A stretch of 64,000 bases of DNA from Podarcis erhardii (Eukaryota). The notes under the pieces were generated by a model. The model made no database searches, was not told the origin of the DNA, and saw only the letters and a program-made list of their open reading frames with translations. The stretch lies in the NCBI GenBank assembly GCA_964252035.1, contig OZ176209.1. One strand, written 5' to 3'. A program made the translations under genes and the position numbers. Below are positions 37,108-50,990 of the stretch, piece by piece; the first letter of the stretch is position 1; each line of letters starts with the position of its first letter.

Positions 37108-37240
37108 CCTAGAGGCTCTCAACCACAGGGTTGTGGGTTTGAGCCCCACTTTGGGCAAAAGATTCCTGCATTGCAGGAGGTTGGATTCGATGACCCCTGG
37201 GGTCCCTTCCAGCTCTATGGTTTTATGGTTCTGTGATTGT
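37108..37240 (+). mobile_element. tRNA-derived SINE fragment with CR1 tail
   Basis: B-box gggtttgagccc followed by ttcctgcattgcagg...ggtcccttccagctctatggtt, the same tail as 13738-13884. Confidence 0.8.
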
Positions 37241-39730
37241 TTTCTTCTATGGTATTTTCACTGATATAAGCATTTGTATGAACATTTTACCCTAATAGAT
37301 GCATTCTTTTATGCAATCCTTGGCTGGAGAATTGCATTGCAAAATCTGACTACGTGAAGCTTTTAAAGAGTGGCTCCTCTTCAGTCTGAATATTGTTTGG
37401 CAAAGTGAACATTGGATACGTTTGCCTGTGAATGCAAACCCCACCAAACTTCCATACAAACTTTTTACAATAAGGAAAGGGACAGGAACATTCACTGGGA
37501 AGTGTGGAATAACATTTATTTGATGCAACATTGTATACCGTCCCTGCCAACAAATCAGAATGAATGTTCAATAACTGTCCGACGTCGCCGGGGATTGGAA
37601 AGAAAAGAAGGAAGAAGGGAGGGAGGGGAAAAAACTGACCTCATCTAACACCCCCCCCACACACATATTAGCACAGGGCAATCTCTAGTGTATTCCAGAG
37701 CTTCTTCATCTCTGATACTGTAGTGAGTCATACTGTATAGGCGGTACAAACAAATCCTTTCATTTTATTGATTTATCTGAATTTCAGTGCAGAAGCTCAT
37801 CTCTTCAGTACTATTTTCCTAGAGCATGGGATTTTGTTCTTAAAAAACATTCATTTGTTTAAAACATGGTTTTCTCAGTAAATGTACTGATGCATTTTTG
37901 CTGAAGCGTTCAGAAGTGTGTACTGGCATTAGTATTTGTATACAATTTAAAGAAAAACAGGAGAAAAACTTGGGAATCGTGCATTCCTAACATAGAAAAC
38001 AGCAGTCTAAATAGAAGTCTTTGATTTGGAGGTCATCCTAGCTTTCTGTAACTGCTGCTTATCAGCGGATTATACATATTTGATATGGCTCACATTTTCT
38101 AGTTAGCCCAATAATTATTACAATTATTAGCATTTGCTAATAATCTTAGCCTCTGCATGGTTGAAATTGTCTATCTTCCCATTCTGTTCCAATAAAGAGT
38201 TCAGTATAATCCAAATGCTTACAAAGTAATTATTATTTTTGAGCAATGAAAGTTATTTCCTCATTTGCCATACTGTATATTTATTGCCTAGCCTAATTGT
38301 TCAACTGTACTTTTAAAAAACTGAACACTATTAAAATGAAGGTACTACTAACTATATTATTCTAGGCTTGTGGGGCTTAATTACTTAATTAGATAATTAA
38401 TAGTGCAAACCTGTGTAAATCTATTCAGAAGTAAGCCCACTGACTTCACAAAGGTTTACTCTCAGTGTGTATAGAATTACAGCCTCAATCTACATATGAG
38501 CAAAAAGCATAATTTCTTACACATGTCTCATAGCAGATAATAACTTGCTAAAGATGGTACTTGCCAGCTGGAGAGTTGTTGTTTTTTTGGCAACTACTTG
38601 TATTAAAAATAATTTATTAAAAACAATTGCTTAATTATATTATTTTATGATGTATCTCATGAAATACATTTATTGGAATCATGGAAACTATTAATCTGGC
38701 AGACCTTTTTATCTGACTGCTATATCCATTTTTAATGATGTCCAACTAACTTATACTTAGAGTGGACCTGTTGCAATTATTAATTGACTAATATTAGATA
38801 TCGCCCACTATATATTTTACAATTATACGTAAGTTCGTATTATAATATTTCAACACACTGTCAATAGTATCAGCGAAAATGCCAGAAATGATGTAATTGC
38901 AAAAGAAACAGTCTATTAAAATCTTCTGCTTCAATCTCCTGAAAGGAATACGAACAAAGGAATAACCTTGTTAATGATCTTCATGTTCATGTAATTTAGG
39001 TCCTGCTATTGTTTGCACATGTCATTTTCTCATTTCCACAGTTAAATGAGATTATCCATAAAAAAAAATATCCCTGAGCTAGAAAGGCAAAGAAGAATCT
39101 AATTGAAAGTTGTTTGCAACCACAGAGACTAAACCCAAAGATAGCATCCCAATTGCAAACATACAGCCCTTTGCAATTAAACTGCAATTAGAATCTGACT
39201 CTAAATAAGGGCAGATTTAACAAAACATGCCCTTTATGTTTTAGCTGTGTGTGTGTGTGTGTGGTTACACACTCACATCCACCTGCATTTTACTGTTTTG
39301 TGCTTTCAAACATTTACGAAGTTAGTCAAATGCAGAATTTCTACAGTCTGCTAAACAAGTAAATATTTGAAATGGGAGCATGCCTTCCACAGTAACAGTG
39401 GCATAAGCACTGGCCTGACAAAGGGTGGTAAGAAACCACAAAAGTGGATCTCGTTAACATTTGGTTTCATTTCTCATAGTTCGGAAGAGTATTATGGACT
39501 ATTCTCTCACGTCAACAAATAGTTGTATTTCATTGAGTCTTATGTTCATATTTCACAGTGCAGCAATTTCTTAGTAGTTGTTTAGCAAATGTTCAAGTTA
39601 TTTATTGTTTCGCCACAATGAGGGCCAGCTCTGGAAGGAGAGAATTTAGTGGGACAACCATCAGGTGAGGGACAGGCATAACACATTCCCTGTCTGCCAT
39701 TTTCTGACACACATTTGAAACACCATAGCA

Positions 39731-40897
39731 GGGGGGGCCACCAGGGGGCGCATTGGAAGATGGCCGACAATAACATCTCTCCGACCCACACGAGGTAATT
39801 AAAAGGCTGCTATGGGAAGCATGCAGTCTTCCTGCCCTCCCCAAGGGGATGGGGGGGCTGCCTTGCCAGCGGTGTCCATAATTCACCCCGGGATTCGAAA
39901 GAAGGGGGTGCGGACACTTGGCACAAGCCCTTGTGTGAAGTCTGCTCTTCCCGGACGCTGTCTCCAATCAGCGCACTAGCTGCTTTAGCTCGAAACATAT
40001 AATTGGAAATATATAATTGGAAAGAAGCTAAAGCACATACATCAAGCGAAGATTGGGAATTAAGACTGCTGATTAATGCATCTCTGGGAGCGGAGCGACG
40101 GGCGGGACAAATAAATCAAGTGATGAATCACCATTAAAAGACTGGTATGTTTGGTGCGAAACGGAAAGGGGGGTGGAGGAAAAAACTTTTCTTTTTCTTT
40201 GCCTTATGTGAGTATTAATAACCCTCCACCCCAAAGAAAGAAGAATCGTTGCAATTTATTAATCACAAGCAGGAATTCAGGAACTGTGTGGAGTGAATTA
40301 TCGATCAAAGAGAGGATTGTAAACATCAGAGAACGGAGGAAAGTTTTATGACGCAGTTTCAAATGGCGTCTTGTTGAGACAGGCTTGCCTAAGAAGGATT
40401 GGGGGGGGGGGAGGACCAGGGTCATTGGAATGTGAATGCTTATAGGAATGCGATCTAGACCTTGGCAGAGCCCTCTGAGATATGTTTGGCAAGCCTGGGA
40501 AAATTAATGGACAGACCGAGGGAAAGTCTCTTTACGGAGGTGTGGAAATGGCGGCTGTCCTTATGTGATATGATTTTTGGAGAGTGTAAAACCCACACAG
40601 AGGATGTTTGTTTTCAACCCTCTTGTGAAGATTATCAGAGATCGCAAATAAAGGAATATATGATAACAACAAGAAGATGAGGAAAGTAACAGAGAGACTA
40701 TCTGAACAGAACTGGATAGAATTGTCTAATTAAAGCAGCAATATAAGTGATGTTTGGACACCTTTTCGGAGCTTGAAGTATGGGTACCCCCAACAAAAAA
40801 ATTAAAAATTTGGCTGTATAATTTGGAACTACTGTGATTTGGAAATAATGTGATTTGATTGGCCTGTTAATAAAAATTATATATTTTTTTAAAAAAA
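39731..40897 (+). mobile_element. Short (1.17 kb) non-autonomous L1-like retroelement
   Basis: 15-17-bp TSD tgaaacaccatagca(gg) (39716-39730, 40898-40912); G-run 5' end with YY1 motif aagatggccg; aataaa and A-rich tail; no long ORF. Confidence 0.82.
39738..39766 (+). promoter_or_regulatory. CTCF core motif next to a YY1 motif at the retroelement 5' end
   Basis: ccaccagggggcgc (39738-39751) is the consensus CTCF core; aagatggccg (39757-39766) is a YY1 motif. Confidence 0.6.
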
Positions 40898-43325
40898 TGA
40901 AACACCATAGCAGGAATAGAAACCACTAGGGCAGTGGTTTTCTACCAGAGGTTCCGCAGGCACCACTAGGGGGTACTGTTTGGAATGAGGCAGTTGGGCA
41001 GTTGCCCTTCCTTTTCCCATCCCATCTTTGATGTCAATTCCTCACTCTTCAAATAACTTTTATTTGCTTTTTTTTTAAAAAGAAGTGTGAAGTCACTGAA
41101 ACATGTGTTGGCGTTAAATTGCCACTTAAATGTTATCAGTGTATTGTTGACAATAAACTATAGCAGGTAGCATTGTTTTATTGTAAGATTAGGCAAAAGT
41201 ACAGGACCGATTCAACTTGAATCCACTGTGTAGTCTTCAACAGTTCATTATGTGTCAGCATGTTTACCACCTGTGAAAGAATAAGAATAGCCACATGCAT
41301 AGGGCTGATTTAGGACTATATGCAGGTGGGGGTGGGGACAAATTTCTAGCCTTGGGGGGGGGGATATGTTTTAAGGTTTCCCTTCCTTCCTTTGGTTTCC
41401 CCCCAGAATGTGTGAATATATTTCCCTCCTCTCGGTGACTCCATTTTAGCTAGAATCCACCTGAGTTGCTATTAGACAGAGTGTTGTTTTTTGTTTTCTT
41501 AAATACATTCTAATTGTATCTCTGAGAGCCAGGATGCTGTAATAAGTTAAGAATGTTGAATTAGGACCAGAAAACCAGGAACTATGCAATTCTCTACGCA
41601 ACCTTGGGTGTATTCACTTTCTTTCAGCTTCACCCATCTTGAAGTATTTTTGGGGGTGGGGTGGGGTGGGGAAGCAGGGTACAGAACCCTGTATGAAAAG
41701 TGGAATGTGAGAAACAAATTGAAAATAGGAGAACTTCCACAATTCAAATCCTGCCAGTATTGTCAAATCAAAGCGGTCAGGCTGCTTCTGCAGTCGTTGA
41801 GTACCCATTGGACTATTTCCATCTGCTTGTGTGTATTTGTCCTTTTCAAGTTATGTTTCGAAACATCTGCTCTTCATGTTGCACCGTTCTCTGTAGAATT
41901 TAATTCAGAATAAATAGAACTTCCGATTCCCCCTGTAGAAAGTACCAACTGTGCGCTAATTTTACAATTTTAACTTGGTCTTAAGGCCCACTAATTTTTT
42001 TTAAAAAATAAAATAAGCTGCTGTAACTCTGGTGAAAGGTTCCAGCTGATTGGAACCTTTTAATGTATGTTGAGCAACAGCTGGGGCAATGCAAAACTAG
42101 GCCTGATGAGGCAAGCAAGCTCATTACAAGCAAAGCAGATGGACCAAATTTCACTGTGCAAAATGTAATGGCCAGCTTGCCTGACTGACTTTGCCTTTGA
42201 GAAACTTCCACCCAAGAAATTGTAATCCAAAAAATTAGGGTCTCTTACTCTGCAAGCCTCGGCTTTCGAAACAGACGAGAGCACTGCTCCAGCACTTTTA
42301 TCACAGCAGAGCTGCTGGTTTTCAGAGCGTATTGAAAAATAAACATACAGTAATTGCCAGAGAAAGTTACGCATACAAATGGCACATCAGTCTGAGCCTA
42401 ACCATGTTTCCTTTGAATACCAATGCAAGTCCATAGGGCTTACTCCCAAGTAAGTATGTGTAGGACTGCAGCTGTGACTGAGTGCTGAGTTTTGTGCTTC
42501 TGCTGTGCCACCACATCTATGGATGGCATAATGGCATCATGATCCTATGCCCTTCTAGCTAAACTGAAACAATACCTGTAGAAAACACCAAGGAGGCTTG
42601 GGACATATTTTATGCTTTCTTCCGAGGAGCTCAAGGCAGCATTTATGTTCCTACCTTCCATTCTTTCCTTGCAACAATCCTCTGAGGTGGGATTAGAGTG
42701 GGAGACTACTTAATTCTGCTCTGACACACTAAGCATGCTGGTTCTCTATTAAAAATAGCATAGCACCAAGCCATCTCCTTGTTTAAAAAGACATGCTGTG
42801 CGTTGTAGGTGGTTGGCACACTTGCACATCTGCTACATTTTTTTGGAACTGGAGTTGCCTGTCAGTTTGAGGACAAACGTATTTACAGATGTCTCTGATG
42901 CTTCCCCCTGCAGATCACTCTTCATGCTCACGATTTAATTAGAGTGAAGCAACAAAATCTCTGACAGGATCACAATATTGAAGACAAGGTAAGACGAGCA
43001 AACCCTTTCTTAGAGTAGAAAATGAGGTGGAATCTACACACGTATAAAAAATTTGCTGTGAAAATGCTTCATTTTAAAACATTTTGAAAAACACATTCAA
43101 TTTTGCATAGCTCACTTTCGCCACCTGTTGTCACCTTTGCATATTGCACTTTACAACACACTTAAAATGTTTTCATTGCAGCTATGTAGCTGAGTCCTGA
43201 GAATTGCATTTTTTATTTAAGTGATGAACTCTTTCCTTTCAAACTGCTTTCTTCATAATGGGTATTTTAAAAGCCAGCAGGTTTAATAATGCAGATAAAG
43301 TAGATCATTTTGAAAGCACTGCAAG

Positions 43326-43360
<35 letters not shown>

Positions 43361-43557
43361 AAATATTTGCAATCTTTCCACTTATTGGCAAATCTGGTAA
43401 ATTCACTGTCTACTTACTCGTGGTCTGAAAGTAAATTTTACAGAAACTGCATGGGGGGGGGGCTGCTCAGTCCCAGGGTGGAAGGTTGCTTGGGAACCCT
43501 ATGTGCAACATGAGAGAGGGATATAAACCAATAAATAATTGTTACAGGCTTATAAAT

Positions 43558-43660
43558 TAAGGTTGCCAGACGTCCCTGTCTCCCGGGGACAGTCCCCATT
43601 CAAAATCCATTGAAGTTGAAAAGTGTCCCTGGGTTCATTGAAAAAAATCTGGCAACCTTA
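43558..43660. mobile_element. hAT-type MITE (103 bp)
   Basis: Perfect TIRs taaggttgccaga / tctggcaacctta; perfect TSD ttataaat. Confidence 0.92.
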
Positions 43661-44895
43661 TTATAAATAGCCAATCTTTGCCTATGGTGAGGTAAGAAAC
43701 TGGTATTGTGAAGATAATTTGTAAACTGTTGGAAGGGAAAATTGGAATTTTGATGTGTCACAAATGACTTACCACTTTCATTGGGAGGGCTATTTGTCTG
43801 GTAGACATTAGAAAGGCCAAATTACTGCTAGCCTATGGGTCCATTCCCCCCCCCAACCAGTTGGATGTCCTTGTGTTTGCTGTACCCTGCTCCATATTTC
43901 TCTCTCTCTTGGTCTCTCTCTCTGTGTGTGTGTATGGCAACATACAAGTCATTTTCTGAAAGGAGTGTAAATAGCTATCTGGAAATCAGCAGAATATTTT
44001 TCCACAGTAGCTTTTGTTAAAAAAAATCTTCAGATTGCAGTGAGCACACCCCCCCCCCACAAGCTTGCAGGCTGTTTTAAATGCTGTTTCAGGGGAATTA
44101 TTAATATCTTTTGGTACTGCTGTGGGTGAATATGTGTTATCAGTCTCTGTCTATGCCTTACTGCTAAACAAAAGCCTTTAAAAGGAACTGATTACTAGCA
44201 AAACTCTTGCTTGTAGAATAAAGCAGAATTTCACCGGGTTCATGAAGATAATTTCAAATGAAAGCTGTTAACATTGCACACAAAAGGGAATGAGGTCTCT
44301 TCTTCTGTAAATGGATGCATTATTCATTAGGTGGAATAGGCTCCTAAACTATCTGTTTTCCACGCTACTGCTACACCCATTTCTGCTTATTCAGCAAGTT
44401 GACACATCATACACATATGATGGGTCTCATAGAAAGGGCTAAGAGGCCAAGTGAGAGAAATCTACAGAACAGTTTCCTTTTTACTTTTTTAAAATAAGGG
44501 TGTGCTAACAAAATGACATTTCATGCTGGGCATTCCCTGTTCTTCATTATCGGTTACTCTGCAGTATGAATAAAATGGAGCAAGTTTTGAAACTGTGCTG
44601 AAGCAATGCCAGGATATGTTTTTAATGTACTTTGTTTCATATATTCTGTTCTTTTTCTTCATAGCTGGTGTCTTTTGCGTGTTGCACTGTCTCCTCCCAT
44701 TGTGCTCTTCTAGCACTCAAATTAGCACCTACAAAATAGGTCTCAACATCACTTAGCAGAGCAAGCTTACTCCGAGAAGGCCCTTTCATGGGCCAGCAGA
44801 TGCCCACCTTCCACAGGCAGTGAGATCCTGAGCAGGGCTTTTGAGAAAGACCTTTGTATCCAAGCAGGCTCCTGTGATGATAAGACTTCCTTAAG

Positions 44896-45008
44896 GAAAG
44901 CTCATACCACGAACAAACTTAGTTGGTCTCTAAGGTGCTACTGGATAACTTACTATTTTTTATATATATTTCTACTGCGTCAGATCAACATGGCTACCTA
45001 CCTGAATC
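44896..45008 (+). mobile_element. Penelope-like element terminal fragment
   Basis: gaaagctcatacca...aacaaacttagttggtctctaaggtgctactgga, the same family as 24078-24170; ends ggctacctacctgaatc. Confidence 0.8.
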
Positions 45009-47330
45009 CAGTTCCAAAACAATTCGTGTTTGGATGGTTGGAAACATTCAGAAGCATATACCTAGGCTCCCTTGTACCCTTGGCAAGACCCATTCCTTCT
45101 GCCCTTGCCAGAAGAGCTGAACTAGAGTGGAGAGGAGCATTTTTTTCCATCCCTCAGGACCTGTGTCCTTGGCAGGTGCCAACCTGGCCAACCCCAAGGT
45201 ACACCCCTGGAACATATGACTTAAATGTCATGTCAGGTAACTTCCATTATCTGTATCCTCCTGTGTGGTTCTCTGATTCGACCACACACACACACCCGCG
45301 GTTACAGCCCAACATCAGTGGAAATGCCTATTTCACACTTCAAATATTCTATCTTCTCTCTTAGGTGATCAGGTCGAGTTTTCTCTCGTAGTCTTGTCTA
45401 TTAAGGAAGTACAAATTCCCACAGATTTCTCCCTCCCTTTCATACACAATGAAAGTAGAAAGACTATTTGTGAGGGAAATCTCTTTATTTGTTCTATGAA
45501 GTAATGCCGACTGCATGCAGAAACAGTATTAATGTACAGCCTAGCAAAAATGCATAAGAACCATCACAAGAATTAAGCTACAGCATATTTAAGCAACAGC
45601 TTGGGGAGAAGATAACTTATTTCAGCAGAAGCCTGTGCTCCAACTTTCATAAGTTACCAGCATACTATATTGTTGTTCATGTAGAATCTAGATTTACCCC
45701 AAATATGAATGGCAAGGGCACAAGGCAAGCATTCTTCATTGCTCATCTTCACCAGGAACCTTGCCCGGTCTTTTTCCTGAGATGACCTTGCAGCATTAGC
45801 CTCATGTGATGAATATTGTATTTGAAGGCACAGTGCAATCTGATATTCATCCTATGAAAGGAATCCTCTGAAAGCAAGAGTTCACCTTTGCCTGCTCTTA
45901 CCGTGAAAATTCACGGTGTGAGCATGAGTTCAAATGAAACATTTCCTGTGCCAAACTGATGAAGTGGTTGAGGAATTTTGTGGACTAGCCCTTGTCAACT
46001 TGAACCTGCATTCCATTTTTTGTTAGGTTTAGTACAGTTGGCCAACAGAACCCTAAATTGTGCCTGATATAGCCAGAACACCCGCTTCTCTTCCATGGAT
46101 TTAAAGGAGAGGGTTTGCATTTCCGCCATGGCCTCTAACACATATGTTCTGACTCTGAACCGAACTGGGAGAAAGAACTGAGATGCTAGTGGTTGCTTTG
46201 GAGAATTATTTGTAGAGGAATCGAGTTTGCCCCAAGGTGGTGCTAAGTGGTATAATTACCTGTGCCATTAACACTGCTGATTGTAAGTATAAAGATAATG
46301 TCTGCTCAGAGCACATCATTTGCACAATACCTATCAAGACAGAAGAATGCATGCCAGCTCCATCTGAACAATCAGTGAGGGTCCAGTTACAGACCTCTTT
46401 GGTTATTAGGTTACATTCTGAGGCTTAGATGATACGTGAATAACAAAAGGGAGCTGCTAGAAAGCTCAGCAACTAATGCCCTCTTTGCATTAAAACGGGT
46501 GGGAAAATGTACATGAGGCCACTCACACTACACAACTTGGATAAAATTACATTCAAGTGAAAAGCAGGGTGTCGATGGTCCAGACCTGCTTCTTTTACAG
46601 GAATACCTCTCAGTAGTAACCCTCCCCATCTTTTTTTCAATTTACAATCCTTCCCCTCACCGCACCTGCTCTTGTCGGCCTGGGATATTGCCATTTCGAC
46701 CCCAAGGGAAGCCATTCTCACAATACCTTTCTGAAGTATAAAGAAAAGAGTTTCCTCTCTGAGATAAATAAAATCTTCATTTCAGTGAGGCTCACTCAAG
46801 AGAATTTCAGCTGAACTGCAGACCTGAGGGGGACATTTTTGGCTCCAACTTCCTGCTCTAAGACAAGATTTTTGAAGAACCCCCAGGGGAGCATTTGGTT
46901 TCTCTGCAGAAGCCAACCTAGTTAGGTTTTTCCGTTCTTATGAATCCAGAGTCATGCACATGCAGCAGCTCTTCTAAGCTTAAAAAGCAAAGTAGGAGGT
47001 TGTGAAAGAAATACTACTGCCCCATTAAGCACATACTATGTTTCCCTGTTAATAGTTCTCTTGACAAATCCTCAAATCCCTTTTTCTGCAAGGTTGCAGT
47101 GTATCTGGAAGGGTGCAGTTCTGAAGTCTATCACCTGGTAATGACTGGTGGCAGTGTAGCTATTGTTAGGTAAACCTTGGTTGTGAAGATGTTTCCTAAT
47201 GTTTTATTGTTTGATTCCCCCCCCCCGATGGTTAGCCTTGCTGGCTGGCACCGATGGGATATGGAGTTCAACAACATTTGGAGGGCTACAAAAGTTCCCC
47301 GTCTTGAATTGAAACCTACCCTCTTGTAGC

Positions 47331-47500
47331 CATAAGAACAGAAGAGGAGCTTTGTCGGATCAGGCCAGAGGTCTATGTAGTCCAGATGCATATAAGAAGC
47401 CCAACATCAGGATATGAGGGCAATAACCCTCTCCTATAGTTCCAACTGGTATTCAGAGGCATATAATTTCTGCTCCTGGAGATAACAAAAACATAAGAAG
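47331..47500 (-). mobile_element. Old CR1 (L3-like) 3' end
   Basis: cataagaacagaagaggagc...ggatcaggccagaggtctatgtagtccag matches the CR1 3' terminal hairpin and tail. Confidence 0.65.
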
Positions 47501-48730
47501 CTTTATTTTCCATATTAAACCGTACTTGGGGATAAGAAATGCCTGTTGTGTTTAGCAATTTGAGAAGATGTAGTCTATACTAGGGCATTAAATAACAGGG
47601 GCCTATGAAGATGAATTGACCTATTTTGTGCCAAGTCTACTTGGCAGCAATGTGGCCAGCCTTTGTGTCTTGCCAGATACTGCTCAGCCATTTCAGTGTG
47701 AAAGCCAAATAACAACATGGAAGTTAATTAAACATTCATTTAATGTGTGGCTACGGCTTGCTTTTAATTGGAGTAGAGGACAAGAGTTTATCCACCCAGG
47801 GCATGAGCAACTTTATTTATTAAAATCATTTTTATCCTGTTCTTCAACCCCCAAAAAAGGGTCCCACAGAGGTTTACAAATGTTAATAAGCTAATCCTCA
47901 TCTTTACGCTTACAATCCTAAATATATGCCATAGAAGGAAAAGCATTTGGGAGGGAGGCGGAAAAAATAAAACTCAGACACCGTTTCTCCTTCTTTATTA
48001 GATTTCTTAACTGTTCTTCATTGGGTTGGGGGGATTTACAGCATTCAAAACAAAATAAAGCTAACGAACTATATATGCAACCATCAGCAGGTTAATTTAT
48101 AGTTTTCAAGTAGGTCACGACAATACTTTTCAGCTGTCAAAGCCTATGAGGTAGAAGGGATGTCGTTAGCATCCAACGAAAGCTGAAGAATAAGGCACCA
48201 CAGCAGGGAAATTCCACAATTTTGAAGCAACCTAGAGAAAGCCCCCTCCTGTGTGGGCCACCACTCCTCAAATTTCTTACTTCCTTTGCCAATATTAATG
48301 ACCAGAAGGTCTTTAGGGAAGGAGAACGTATTTTAGATATTTGGGGGCAAAGTCATGTAGGGCTTTAAACCTTAATATAGGTACTTTGAGTTGAAAGGGA
48401 AGAATGAGCTGGTAACTCCTTGTAGAGCTCTTGTAATGTCCAGCTGGAATGGGACTATTTCAAGCAGAGGAGGAGCCAAAAGTTTCTAGTCTTTTAGCAG
48501 ACAGGCTTTGTAGTCTCTTTTCTCTTCTTGTCCTCAGCCTGATTTAATGGTTGATGATGATGACACCTAAGAGAGAAATCTGATGGGGAAGACTCTCTGC
48601 CTTCTACAGCATGTTGTTGTCAGCTCTCCAAACTGTCTGGGTTACTTCACACTGCATTTTATTGACCAACAAACAAAACATGTTGGTGCTGCTATGCAAT
48701 ATTACATAGAAATAAAATGTTAGCTATGGG

Positions 48731-48882
48731 CAGTGCTTTTTTCTCCCCTCTAAAAAATGTTTAGGGGCACTTTCATTTTCCTACTCGTATTGAAATACTG
48801 ACCCTCAATGAGGTCAAAGTTAGATTCACTAAATGTTTAGCGGTATGCGTAGCCCTGCGTCCCCCCAGAAAAAATAGCACTG
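48731..48882. mobile_element. hAT-type MITE (same family as 2369-2516)
   Basis: TIRs cagtgctttttt / aaaaatagcactg; body nearly identical to 2369-2516; degenerate TSD gctatggg / ggtgtggg. Confidence 0.85.
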
Positions 48883-50809
48883 GGTGTGGGGGATAAAGAA
48901 TGAGGGTTCCTAATTAGTATATCTTATGACATGAGTGATTAGCAACTTCCTAAAATACTGGCTATCCTGGCAACAAAGATTATAAAGCTGTCGTACTGAG
49001 CTGCTCTGTTGATTCGAAGAAGTTGGCATCCTGTCTTCATGGTTGGCTTGAGGGATTCCTTCCAGCCATTGCTCTAATGTCACAAAACATGACCTTATGC
49101 CAGCTAAGTATTGAAGTTAATGCAGATTAACTGTTTATAGGGCTAATTACACATCTGGAACCGTGTGCATGTGTGTGTGCACATTTGTGTGTGTGTCAGC
49201 AGCTTAGGAGTGCCTTTGAGTTGACGAACAGCCAGCGGGGGGGGGGGATTGCTCCCCCATTGCCATTCCTCCTCTCAAAATCACAACCCCAAGGGTTGCA
49301 TGCAACACGTACATAGTTAGCAAGTCACCAAGTCTTCTCTTCTTTATATAATCATCTGGACCAAGAGCCTTGCGTTTTGCCAGGAGTTGCTGACTCTACT
49401 TCAGCCACAGTCAGTCTCTGATTAATCCCTTCTGTGTCCAAACAAATCAGAAGTAAATTGAGGGGTTGTGATCTTGGAGGCTAGCATATGAACAGTGTCT
49501 CATACCATTCATCTACAAGCCCCCCCCCCCAATGAACCCACTTTGGCTGGTATGTAATAGTAGATCTTCTGGGCTTTAAAATGGCTCCTGGTTCATACTA
49601 GGAAAATGTAATCTCTTGCATTAGGAAAATGTGCCTCTTTTCTTGCTTGGCAGCTTGTAGATGAAGTTTCTACTCTGGAAGATTTTAAAAATGAGTACAA
49701 TGAGGGAAAAAACAAAACAAAACCCTCAGCTTGTGGAAATCAAGATCTAAATTTTATGCAGCAGGACAAACCAGTCTGGACAGCAAAAAAGAAAAAGCAA
49801 CAGTTTGTCTTTAAAGAGTCAGCTGTCCTTGTGTTATAATTTTTCACACCAATCAATGCTCCTGGTGTGATTTATTCACCGTGAGAAAATAATTATATAT
49901 GAGGACACTGTGAATGAGTCATTGCTTTTACTGATACCAGAGGTTGAGATGAAATTTCCAGAACCCTCCAAATTTTCAGAAGTCATCTGTACTGATGTCT
50001 TATAGTGGTTATTTAAACAAGCAGATCCCTGTCAATGTACCTGAGACATAAACAGGAACATTGCCAAACATTTCATAGAACTGTACATTAAGAGATGCAG
50101 TAATGCCGATTAATTGGGACTAAGGCAAATCCAGTTAGGTCTGTTAGATTTTTTTTTTTATTGCCTTCAAAAGTTTTTGAACCATGTCCTTTTATACAGC
50201 TAATTTATACACTGAAAATGGCACAGTGGGAATGAATGCAAGAATATAAGTGCTGCATATTCTGTGCTCTTCAGCATGCAACCCACTCATCTCAGGGTGG
50301 TTAGCAATTTCATGAAAACACACAAAAATAAGTCATCTTCAGTAAAGCTAAAATAAAACAGAATGCAGAGTTCCCACCATACCTTAAAAAGCCAGAGCGA
50401 ACCAAATAATAATAATCATGACTTGAAGCCTAAACAAAGGAAAATCCAATTTAACCTCCTTGGGGGTTGAGTTCCACAAACTGGGTGCCACAAGCCATAA
50501 TGCATCTTGTTGCCATCTGCCTCACTTTGGATGGTGGGGTCACCTAGAGAAGGACATCAGCAGGTAGGGTCAATTATGTGGAGATGGGTATTATAGTATT
50601 AGCACACAGATTACGAGCAGTAACATCTCAAAATGCCTATTAGGGTAACACCATTTTTTTAGGCAAACAAAAAATGCCGCAATTTAGTGAGCAGCTTTCA
50701 AGTTCTCCAGAACTCTTACTCAAGCTAGATGGTAAAGAAAACAAGTGGAGAGGGACGTTGACTAATGCTGACACCATGGCGTCTGCATCTGGTCACAGTT
50801 TTGTGATGG

Positions 50810-50990
50810 AATGCGAGAAGGAAGAAGCAGGTGTTCAAGTAAGTCTAATGAAGAATTCTAGAGAAGTTGCGAGCTTGCACACTATTTTGTAACATTTTGG
50901 TTGGCCTCATCAAAGCAATGTCCTAATTTAGATTTTGGATTCCCCCCACCCCCTTATGGGCCAGGAAAGCTACCTTTTACTTTTTGTATG
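50810..50990 (+). mobile_element. Old Penelope-like terminal fragment
   Basis: ctaatgaagaattctagagaagttgcgagcttgcac resembles a decayed hammerhead; followed by ttggttggcctc and gctacc segments as in the other Penelope ends. Confidence 0.5.

Noticed and set aside
42102-42130. Hammerhead at ctgatgag
   Set aside because: No GAAA box after a plausible stem II
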